Source: Antechinus flavipes
Taxonomy: Eukaryota
Direction: 5' to 3'
NCBI RefSeq assembly: GCF_016432865.1
Contig: NC_067401.1
Coordinates: forward strand, 26,164,001-26,228,000
DNA length: 64,000 nt
Each line of letters starts with the position of its first letter. The first letter of the stretch is position 1. Below are positions 47,201 through 57,750 of this stretch, piece after piece. The position numbers and the translations under genes are program-made. Under the pieces are notes generated by a model. It ran no database searches and had not been told where the DNA came from. It saw only the letters and a program-made list of their open reading frames with translations.

Positions 47201-49023
47201 GGCTGTGGTCAGTAAAGTGGCCCGATGGTCTTTAGGATCCCAGGAACTCATTAGAGGTGGCTATCTGTCCTGAGCCTAGCGGAGTGTGCTGCCCAAGGAC
47301 AAGCATATTTTTCTGAGCCCCAGATGCTATTTAACTTTTTTTCCCTTGTTAGCGGATAAGCACAAGGCAGAGAGGTTCCTTCGTCCTGATGTGGCCTTAG
47401 TGGTGACTGTTTATGCCCCGATCACCTTCCCTCCAGCCTCAGTGCTGCTCTTCAAACAGAAGCCTGATGGTGAGCACTGGAGCCTGAAGGGTCCCCTGGG
47501 GGGCTGAGGAGGAAGCTTCACTGGGTGAGAATCAAACGTGTTTTTAGAAAGGGTCACTGCATCCTGCCTAGCTGGGTCTGAATCTGTGGAGAAAGGCTGC
47601 TCTTGGATAGCTTAGCAGAGAACTCTCTGGGGGATAGGACAGGCAAGAGAGGTTCCAATTCCTTCTGGGTTTACCTTCATTTTTGGAAGGGATTAAAGTC
47701 TGAAATGGGAAGCCCTGCTAGTGAGTGGCTGGCTGCCTTATTTCTGCTGTTCTCCATGGATCACTATGTATCGTCCCCCAAATCCACTAGGCAAGCACAG
47801 CCTCATTGCCACGGGGTCCCTCCTCTCAGTGAATCCGGACAGGATGGTCATCAAGAGACTGGTGCTGAGTGGGCATCCTTTCAAGATCTTAACCAAAATG
47901 GCTGTGGTCCGTTACATGTTCTTTAACAGAGGTAGGTGACAGGGAGACTCTGGTAGCCTTTGGCTCTCCGAGGGTGTCACTGATGATATGACTGACTCAA
48001 GGGGTCCTTTGGCAAAGTGTTAACCGCAAGAGAAGTGCATATCCTGCCCCGGGCCTTGGCCCTGCCCCTCTCCCTCCAGAGCCTTGGTTTCTTACACTAG
48101 TGGGGTGAATTGGAGGCTGTGTCTGGTCCTTTCTAATATTGGATTCTGACTGAGAGGTCTTGCTGCTCCCTCAGAGTCCTCCCAGCCATCTTGGAGCCTT
48201 CAGGCGGCTCTCATGAGGGGTCCTGAGGTGACAGCCTTGCTTGTGCTCCTGGTCATTCTGTGGCCTCCATGCTACTTGTGTCCTCCTTCCTCACACCTAC
48301 TTAAAATCCCTAGTTCTCTTCAAAGCTGAGTGTACATACCCCATTTTCTGCCTCCCTTGGGTGCAAAGATTTCCCCTCCTCCCCCCTGTATTCTGTAATC
48401 ATGCACCTGGCCCTTAATAGATGAGGCCTACTAAAACACTTCTTCATGGATGTTTTTAATCTTAGAGGATGTGTTATGGTTTAAACCAGTGGAATTGAGA
48501 ACCAAATGGGGTCGCCGAGGACACATCAAGGAGCCGCTTGGTGAGTGAGTTTGGGCTTCAGGACTCGGTCCCTGGAAGTGACAACAGTTTCAGTGTTTGA
48601 ACCCATGACAGGACAGTTTGTGCAGTTGGGGTAGGGTTAACACAGGCTCAGCAACTCTGATGGCCATGCGCCACAGGGTATCTTCTTCTGGAGCTACTGC
48701 TTGTGTAGCTTTTGTAGGATTGTGGAGGCAGAATTGGGGGGGACCTGGGAGTCCATCCACTCTGCCTTTGGCCAAGCCTCCGTCCCGATTTTTACAGGGG
48801 AAACTTGTTCAGGGGGCCCCTTCTGGAATTCGCTCTTTGCTCCCTAGGTACTCATGGCCACATGAAGTGCACATTTGATGGACAGCTGAAGTCTCAGGAC
48901 ACAGTGCTGATGAATCTCTACAAACGGGTCTTCCCCAAATGGACTTATGATCCTTACGTGCCAGAGCCCAGGCCCTGGTCAAATGAGGAAACCTCCCCTG
49001 GGCTAGAAGTAGATATGGAATAA
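40178..49023 (+). CDS. TSR1: Pre-rRNA-processing protein TSR1 homolog (40S biogenesis factor), 15 exons, 803 aa
   Basis: Exons 40178-40274, 40444-40547, 41011-41230, 41345-41479, 41667-42091, 43166-43331, 43834-43997, 44495-44679, 45508-45670, 46066-46176, 46655-46787, 47353-47469, 47791-47931, 48466-48540, 48848-49023. All GT-AG, total 2412 nt, open to TAA. Recognisable motifs: [84 protein letters not shown]. Confidence 0.97.
45892..45972 (+). ncRNA. SNORD91: Box C/D snoRNA, SNORD91 (HBII-296) family, TSR1 intron 9
   Basis: C box ATGATG 45902-45907; guide AATGTCTGAACCTG 45916-45929, complementary to 28S rRNA CAGGUUCAGACAUU (rRNA sequence from memory); D' CTGA 45931-45934; C' GTGATG; D CTGA 45962-45965; terminal stem GGAGG/CCTCC. 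TSR1 is the known SNORD91 host. Confidence 0.85.
46251..46334 (+). ncRNA. SNORD91: Box C/D snoRNA, SNORD91 (HBII-296) family, TSR1 intron 10
   Basis: C box GTGATG 46259-46264; guide ATGTCTGAACCTG 46277-46289; D' CTGA 46291-46294; C' GTGATG 46304-46309; D CTGA 46324-46327; stem AGAAGCC/GGCTTCT. The core GTCTGAACCTGTCTGAAGCATCTCAGTGATGC matches human SNORD91A as I recall it. Confidence 0.92.
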
Positions 49024-49151
49024 GCAACTTATGCTGCTTAAGTAGGCTCTATCATCCTGCTGTCTGTTGGCCCAAACAGGTGTGGGACAAGGCTCTCCTC
49101 CCCTGGGGCTCCTGCAGAAAAGGGAAGGGAGGGGGAAAGCGCACATACCTC

Positions 49152-52100
49152 TCAGTCTGGAGGGAGCTGGGTCTCCTCTGCTCCCTTCAGCCATCCCAGG
49201 GATGTCAAGTCCACGTTCCCCCCACTGAGAACCACGCAGACATTTTGCACAGCGGGCATCTTCTGGAACCGTTCACCCAGCACAGCAGCTACTCCCACTG
49301 CAGCCGTGGGCTCGATGAGAAGCTTCATCCTCTCCCATACCAGCTGCGTGGCATGCTGTGGGCCCAGAAGAAAAAGCCGGTGTGGAGCAAGAGGGCCTGG
49401 GGCATCTCAATGCCTTATTTTTGGTCACTTCTAATGGCTCAGCTTAATGGGGACATCACCTCCCTGCAGGGTCCATGCTTTATGCACTGGGCATCTTGGT
49501 CCACAGTAGGGTGGAGCCCAGTGTCCCCGGGGCCCTCTGCCTCTGCTAAGTTGAGCATTCTTGCCTTCATATACAACCTCCCTCCTCCCCCCCCCCCCCC
49601 CCCATTTCTGAGGTTTCTTGCCTTAATTTCATCCTCTGTGACAGTGAAGACTTCATCCACCAGGTCCTTTATAATAGGCCAAGTATAGGGGCCAATGCTC
49701 GATTTAACCCCATCTGCTATGGTGTCTGGTGGAGAAGGGTTAGGGGTGAGCTCTCCTTTGAGCTTGGACTGGAAGCAGTCATCAGCATTACAGGGCTCCG
49801 CGGCGTATACTTTCACCTCTGGTCTCAGAGCCTGTCAGGAGAGTGACAGGTGTCCGGCATTGGGCCGAACCGTGGTCACTGTTTGTGTGGAGAGCCTTAA
49901 GAGCCCTCAAAAGAATGGATGTGAAAATAAAGTGCATTGCAAGATCTGGCAGCTCTTTGTGTCATTTGAAGCCCAGAAGGGTTGAATAGAAAGTGGGGAG
50001 CCAGCATGCTAGAGCAGAGCTCAGGGGCTCCCTGCCAACTAGCACTTTGCCTCCAGAGGAAACTGGATGGGGCAGGAAGAGGCCAAAGGAGAGGATTGGG
50101 GGGAAGGGGAAAAATAAAAGCCAAGTATATACAGCTACATACAGGCCTTGACTTGCAAACAAGGAATTATTACTACTAAAGAAGCAGTCAAAGCAGTCTA
50201 GAGTAAAAAACATTTTTTTAGCCATATTCACCTGTAACAAATTTTCACTTGCTTCAGCCACTAGGAATAAGGTTCAGAATTTTTCTGTACAAGATTTTTT
50301 TCCCCCTTTGCAATAATATCCTGAAGTGTGTGGTCCTGGCATCCTAATCACTAGGTTGGAGAGTAATGAGCAATTTGTGTAGCTCTTCTTCTCGCGGACC
50401 AATTCTACTAATTCGTATTTTTTTTCAGCAGTGTCACCACAGCCTATCCCCCTCCATTTGTTTCTGTGCTGAGCTGGAACTGGATGTGGAATGTCACGTA
50501 ATTAGCAAAAATTAGTTTTGTGTAGGTTTTGTAAAACTGGTTTCACTTTTATTCTTGGATAAAAGGGATGGAAGAAAATTGTGGTTAGTATGAGTGGTAG
50601 GAAAATCAATGGCTCAGAAGAAAAAATCTACCCATATTGACCATGGAGATAAAATGAAGTTTCCTTGACTAGAAGAAGGGTCTTACCTTGACTGTAATTG
50701 CTATTCCTGAGATCATCCCTCCACCCCCTACAGGTACCACTAGGGCATCCACCTTGGGAACCTATGATAGTAAAACACACAAAATAGACATGGCCGAATT
50801 AAACTTGCATGAAAGCAGAACTGTCTGTGAGGGAACATTATCAGGCTGGGAAGGCAGCTGCTGGCTTATACCACCAGAGTTAGAGACTGAGGCTCCTCAC
50901 CTGCTCGAGCACTTCCAGAGCGATGGTGCCTTGGCCCGCCATCACAGCTGGGCACTGGTTGGGATGTACCATTATCCCTTCGGTTTGCTTCACAATTCTG
51001 GCTGCCACCATTTTTCTCGACTACAGGGAGAGAATGTGACCATAAAAATAACCCTTGTTTTGTGGGTAATGGCAAATAAACCCATGAAATAAGATAGTGA
51101 TACTGGCTGTCTCATGAAAGCTGGCCTGTTACCTCATCACTGGGCTCACAGTCTACTAGGGTGGCTCCGTAGCCCCGTATTGCAGATTTCTTACAGGAAG
51201 GGGCTGTTCTTGGGACCACAATATAGGCAGGAATTCCTGAAGAAAGAAACATCTGTAGTTGCTAGCAGTGGGGAGCCCTGGGAGTTGAGGGGTCTGGGTT
51301 CAAAGCCTGGCACTTAAGAGTGGTGTTTTCCATTCTTAGTCAGCTTCTGATTCTTTGGACTATAGGATGAGGGGCAGGGTTGGGGTAGAGCAGAGAGGTC
51401 TGGGAACTTGGTTTAAAAAAAATTTGATGATTCAACATCATTGGTTTTCCTTGGTAATTCTGTCATTTTACTTTATTCACTTAAAAAAAATATTCCTGAG
51501 AAGGGGACCAAAGGCCTCTCCAGAGCACCTGCCCAAATAGTTCTGGACATGAGAAAGATGGGGAGCCCTGGGATGAAACCCCACCCAAGCTCTCAATCCA
51601 GGATGAGATCTGGGGGTCTTCTGACTGAGCACATCCCTCTTTGGATGGCACACCTGCAGATAGATACTTGTATCCCTTTGGATGGGTACCCCATAGGTAC
51701 ATCACCTCCCTGGAAAATCAGTAGCCCCTGTGAATTAGGTACTGTGGGCAGCTATATTACAAAGGAAGAAACTGGAGTTTGGAAAGGTTGCCTGACTTAC
51801 CCAGTGTCATGCAGTCAGGAGTCAGAAGCAGGCTTTGGATTCAAATAAAGCACTCTGTGGGTTATTAACTGCTTACTGTGTACCAGGCACTGTGTTAGGT
51901 GCCAAGGACACAAAGACAAAACTATGAAAGCCTGTTCACGAGAGGTTTATGCTCTAGTGGGAGGCAGGGGGAAGAATGATAGGTAGGTAGAGAATGAAAC
52001 AGAAAACAAGGAGAGAAGGAAGGAGTTCTCCGTTCTGGTGACCATTGGAAGCATGGGACATAACACCACTGACATATTAACGGTTGCTCTCTCTTCTAGC

Positions 52101-55100
52101 ACTATGAAGTTATAAGTCTTCTCTTACAAGGGAAAGGGAGGGAGGGAGGGAAGAAGGAGGGAAGGGCATTGAGGTGGGGAGCACTAGAACTCTCCATATC
52201 AGAGATGAGCCGGGGTCAGAATCAGGATGTGAATGGCAACCCATTCTCCTACCTTCTAGTCTGGCCGCGTAACTGAGCGCCTGGCCATGATTCCCACTGC
52301 TGTGAGTGACCACAGCTTTGGGTTTCTTCCTGTCTCCAGAAGTGTTGGAGGTCAAGCTCCGAATGGCATTGAAGGCCCCCCGAATCTATGGGCAGAAAGA
52401 AATGTCACATCTGAACCAAGAGCTGCCCATGTGAACATCACAGCTGGATCCTGGGTAAGAGTCTCATAGGATCATACCAGGGAGGTGGCAGAGGCTCAGT
52501 ATCATAGAGCCAGTCTGTGTGTCTAATCTGACTCCATTTTAGAGAGAAGGAAACAGGCCCAAGGTGGCAACCTGTCCAAGATAACTCATTAGCAAAAGGA
52601 AGAAACAAGGCTGTTTAATAAATTTAGAGCCATGCAGGACCCTGATCTGCTTCTAGAATTAGCTTGGAAACCTAAGGAACTCTCGAATTTCCTGTTACTA
52701 TGGGGTATTCTTTTATCTCCTTTACAAATGGGTTCTGTGACCCCAGGCATTCTCCCCCCAGCTAGGTCTGTGTTCATCCACAGCTGTCCACTGCCTGACT
52801 GGAGAGCTGCTGCTAAGATTTACATCATTACAAGAACAAGCACCATGGCAGCAATCTTGCCAGCAGTTTACTACTAACTGAAGGTGTCTGGGCTTCCACT
52901 TCCAGCAACAGCTCCTGTGGGAGGGCCGAGTACTCTGGAAAGTGATCCCCTACCATCCTGGTCTTCCCAAATCAGAAGCTGGTCACAGGTGGGCAGAATT
53001 CTTTACAAAGTCAAGTCATCCTTTCATAACCATTGTATTGGAATCTCCAGTGAATGATCCAGGTTGCTCATGGCGCAATCACCTGTGAGCTGGCTTAAGG
53101 CCATGAGGAAGCCCCTTGTCAGATAATCGGCACTGAGCCTTCTGCAAGATCCTCCTTGCTGCTTCTCCCACTTCTAAAGACATCAGAGCACTCCTCCCTT
53201 CTCTGTCCCATCCATTCCCTTAGAACAGACAGGTTGCTTAATTACGTAAGTATTTGTGTCGTATGTGTGTGTGTGTGTGTGTGTGTATTTTTTAAGGAAG
53301 ACAAAAGCAAAGCACCAAAGAACAAGTAAAAACCTGGACTATTAATTATTCTTCTTTACTATTTGAATCAACTATGTGCTTTCCAGCAGCCTCAGGAACT
53401 TTGTTTACTTTATACTTAACAGAAACTAATAAACTTTGAGCAGCCTTTAAAAAAAAAAAAGGCTTAGCAGTACCAAATCTAAAACTATATTAAAAAGCAA
53501 CAGTCATCAAAATCATTTGGTACTAGCTAAGAAACAGTATTGGATCAGTGAATATAGGTTAGGTTCACAAAACACAATAGTCAACAAGTATAGTAATCTA
53601 GTGTTTGATAAACCCAAAGACTCCAGCTTCTGGGATAAGTGTAATGGACCAGAACTCTGGAGAAATATACTTGAGGCAAGGATTCTTATAACAAGGTTTA
53701 GTTAACTTAGGGGAATTGATAAGACAATGGTTATCCAGTTTAGCTGGTGATTAATAGTTCTCTAGTTCAGTACATGTACTTTGTACTTAATATAATTCTA
53801 CAAGATTGACACTTATTCTACAAGATTATAATTATAATAGAGTATATAAGAGCCAATAAGGACTAGACAAGGGACATTCCATCTTTGATCAGGCTCCTTG
53901 GAATGGCTCTCCTTCATTTCTCCACTGAAATCAAGTCCCGTCTGAAGGCCCTCCATAAAGCTAGCCAGGCCCCAAGTGAAGGAGACAATAAAGAATCTGG
54001 ACTTTATCCCTAGCTGTTCTTGTGGTGATTACTTGGCTGAAACGAAGGCTGGTCCCAAGATCTTCAGAAAGCTAACCAAAACATTACAGATAAGGACTCA
54101 CTATTTGACAAAAACTGCTGGGAAAATTGGAAAATAAGATATAAGAAAACTTTGACATAGACCTACAACTCACATCCCATACCAAAATAAGGTCAAAATG
54201 GCTACATGATTTGGGCATAAAGGATGATACTGTAAATAAATTAGGAAAGCAAGGGATAATTAGCCTATCAGATCTTTGGAGAAGGGAGGAATTTATGATC
54301 AAAGAAGAATTAAAGAACATTATGAAAGACAAAGTGGACAACTTTGATTACATTAAATTAAAAAAGTTATCGCACAAACAAAATCAACAGAAATAAGATC
54401 AAAAGGAAAGTACAAAGCTGGGAAAAAATCTTTATAGTCAGTATTTCTGATAAAGGTCTCATTTTGAAAATATATAAAAAACTATCAAATTTATAAGAAT
54501 ACAAGTCATTCCCCAATTGATCAAAGGATATAAACTGATGGTTTTCAGATGACAAAATTAAAGCTATCTAAAGTCATATGAAAAAATACTCTAAATCACT
54601 ACTGATTACAGAAATACAAACTGAAACAACTCTGAGGTATATTGCACCTCTCAGATTGGCTAAGATGACAGGAAAAAATAATGATAAATGTTGGAGGGTT
54701 TGTGGGAAAATTGGAATTTGTTGTTGGTGGAATTGTGAAATGGTCCAACCATTCTGGAGAGCAGTCTGGAACTATGCCCAAAGGTCAATCAAACTGCACA
54801 CCCTTTGATCCAGCAATGCCACTGCTAGGTTTGTATCCCAGGGAAATCATAGAGGAGGGAAAAGGACCCACACGTACAAAAATGTTTGTAGCAGCTCTTT
54901 TTGTGGTGGCAAAGAAATGGAAAAAGAGTAGATATCTGTCCATCAATTGGGGGATGGCTGAACAAGTTGTATATAAAGGTAAATGGAATATTATCGTTCC
55001 ATAAAATATGATAAATAAGTTGATTACAGAAAGGCCTGGGAAGATTTATATGAACTGATGCTGAGAAAAACAAACAGAATCAGGAATACATTATATATAG

Positions 55101-57750
55101 TAACTGCAAGATTGTGCAATGATCAACTATGAAAGACTTGATTCTTCTTAGTAATCCAGTTATCCCAAAGCAAACCCAATACATTTCTGTCAGAAAATGC
55201 CATCTACATCCAGAAAAAGAACTAAGACTGCATGTAAATAAATCAACACATGTTAGGTTCACTTCTTTTTTCTGTATTTTTTTCTCTCCCATGATTTTTC
55301 CCTTTTGTTCTGATTTTTTTCTCCCAGTATGATTCATAAAGCAATGTGTAAGTTTAATTAACTTAATTATAAATAATGCAAATAATTAATAAAAACAATA
55401 AATAAAGAAGAAAAAATAAGGAAATAAGGAATTAGTCTGATTCCCTCACTTTACTGAGGCCTTAATGTAGGCAGTATGGGACTGAGGCAGGCTTTGAATT
55501 TCACCAAGGGGATCCATAAGCTTCTTGCCAACAGAGGTTTTAGGAGTGTAGCTTAGCAGACAGAGCTGGCCTTAGAAGACCACTGTTCAACTTCCATCTC
55601 TGGCACATCCTGGTTTGATGAGCCTGGACAATCTCAGGCCTCTCTGGGTCTGTTTCTTCATATGGAAAATGGGGGGGAGAAGGAGATAGATGCATGACCT
55701 CTGAGCTCCCTTCCTGCTCTAGATCCAGGGTCCTCTAACCAGCAGGTCTTGAGTTTTGTTCATTGTGATGTTTTTTTGCTTGCTTTCCAAGAATTTGCTT
55801 TTCTTCCACAAGTCAGAAATGGGCTTCCGAGCTCAAGCCTCCCCTTTTTCCAGATGTTTTCCCAGATCACCTAGCAGTAGTGATAAACCTGGAAGTCCAG
55901 GGTCATGGGTCCTTCTTAGCCTGTGGGAAAAGGCTTTGGGAAAAAATTCCAGCTAGGATTTTCTACCCAGTTCCCCCTCTTCCCCCAGGGGGGCTTCTCT
56001 TCCTGGGTCTCAGCCCTTGGGATAGGGCAGTGATCCCCACTGCTGCTCTGCATTTCAGACTGCTTACTGAGGGGATGTGTCCCTCTGCACTGCCTTGGAG
56101 TCCAATTATGGGAAGGACTATTTGGTTCCCCAGTCCATGGCCTACAGTGACGTGCATTCCCTCCGGGCTGCTGGTTGGCCCCTGCTTCTGCTTTCTCCCT
56201 GAAACAAACCTGACTTCCCTCTAACACCTTAAAATTCTTTAGTGACTAGTGATCTTTGGACTTCTTGTCTCCCTCATTAGAATGAGGGAGTGCCTGGTGG
56301 GAGGGATCATTTCTTTTTTGTATCCCCAGTGCCTTGCGTACAGTGGGTAATTAATAAATGCTAATTGATTGATGTTTCCCACCCAGAGATAAGGAAAGTT
56401 CCTTAATACCAGGGACTGCTCAACTGTTTTTGTCTTTGGATCCCCCAGAGCTAGAACACGCTAAGTGCCTAATGAATACTTGCTGATTTATTGATGTTGC
56501 TCACCCTTATAGAAAGTAACGGCCTTGAAAGCCAGGAGCTGTTCCTTTTGTTTTGAGTTATCTTGATTACAGGTACTTCCCAGATTAATGCTGTCCATCT
56601 GTCAGATTCTCTGCGGAGTGCTTATGGGACTGCCTCTGCATTCACACATCAGGCTGACCTATCTACAATGTTTTTCATTTTTATGGCCTTATACCACTGG
56701 CATTCTTATCCCCACTGAGTCTCTGAAAGTATACTGAGCCCTCTGTTAGTGTTACTATCAGAATTTGAACCCAGGACTTCTCTGACTTCAGGGGCAGGGC
56801 TTTCTATTAACTCATCCTACTAGATGCTCCTCTTAGGTCTTTTAGCACTCATCATTACCAATGAAAACATTCAGGCTGTCCATCTGTTATTCCTTCCTCT
56901 TTTTATACAATTAGCAGGACAGAAGATCAGAGATTTAGAGATGGAAGGGACCTTGGAGCAATGACACTACATCAAACCCAGAAATCTGAGGCCCAGAGAG
57001 AGAGAACAGAGACTTAAAGCTAGAAGAAACATTAGGAGCCATTTCACAGGAGAGGAAACTGAGGCACAATGTGGTGATTTCCTCAGGAGCTGTTAAGTGT
57101 CTAAAGCAAGAATAATTTGAACCAAGACCTTGATTCCTAAATACACTGTAAAATACTGGGACAAGAGCAGAGACATCCAACTCAGCCTCAGACCAGTGCA
57201 GAACCAGATTAAAATAAAAATACAATACAACATAGATAATAATAATTTCTGGCTTTCTAATTCAAAGGAGCCATTTCTATTCAAGTTTGACATGACTGGA
57301 TGAGAGGATCTTCTCATGCCCCACTGCATCTCAGAGGAGGCTTTTCTTTCCTTCCCATATATTCATTAGGAATGAGCTAGAATCCAATTTCCTAGAAGTG
57401 CCATTATACTTAATACTATCACTTTGGCCACTATTAAGGGCTCCTGACCAGAATTGGTCTCTGGAGGCCTATGAGGTCTGTGCTTCCCAGTGGAGACCAT
57501 GCCCCCTGTGAGCCTGGGCAGCTCCTGTGACAGGAGAAGACCAAATTCCAACCCAAAGTGAGTATCTGAGCCTCGGTCTTACCTTAAAGGACCCAGTCTT
57601 CTGGAAGAGTTCACATTTGAAGAAGAGCTTCCGGCCGGCCAACTGGTCCAAAATGGAACTTGTGAGGATGGGGGTGACGTGGATGAGGTCTTTGATTTCT
57701 GAACAAGCTTTTTTCACATCAGCTATGGAGATGCAGTATTGAGAACACAT
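49152..57750 (-). CDS. SRR: Serine racemase (PLP fold-type II), 7 coding exons, 337 aa
   Basis: Exons 57750-57583, 52385-52253, 51236-51133, 51020-50901, 50761-50687, 49831-49622, 49355-49152 (TGA); total 1014 nt. PLP lysine K56 (KTGSFK), THSSGNHGQA, VPVGGGGM, AEPxNADD and LSGGNVD motifs are present. The last intron has a GC donor. Confidence 0.96.
53461..55410 (+). mobile_element. 5'-truncated LINE-1 (ORF2 3' part + 3'UTR), decayed, antisense in an SRR intron
   Basis: ORF2-like fragments (YLTKTAGKIG-like, MKKYSKSLLITEIQ, FDPAMPLLGLYP) broken by stops and frameshifts; A-rich 3' end. Confidence 0.9.
53640..54088 (+). mobile_element. Solo ERV LTR (449 bp) inserted in the L1
   Basis: Termini TGTAATG...CATTACA; 6-bp TSD GATAAG (53634-53639, 54089-54094); internal TATATAA and AATAAA; the L1 sequence resumes in register after the TSD. 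Confidence 0.9.

Noticed and set aside
47980-48155. CTGATGA C-box-like motif in TSR1 intron 13
   Set aside because: No suitably spaced D box with a terminal stem, and no recognisable guide.
48570-48615. Possible third degenerate SNORD91 (CAGTGTTTGAACCCATGA)
   Set aside because: No proper C box, D box or stem; TTTGAACCC is also a common SINE core.
49439-49816. ORF extending the penultimate SRR coding exon with poly-Gly
   Set aside because: Read-through into the GC-AG intron; the homologous final exon follows at 49355.
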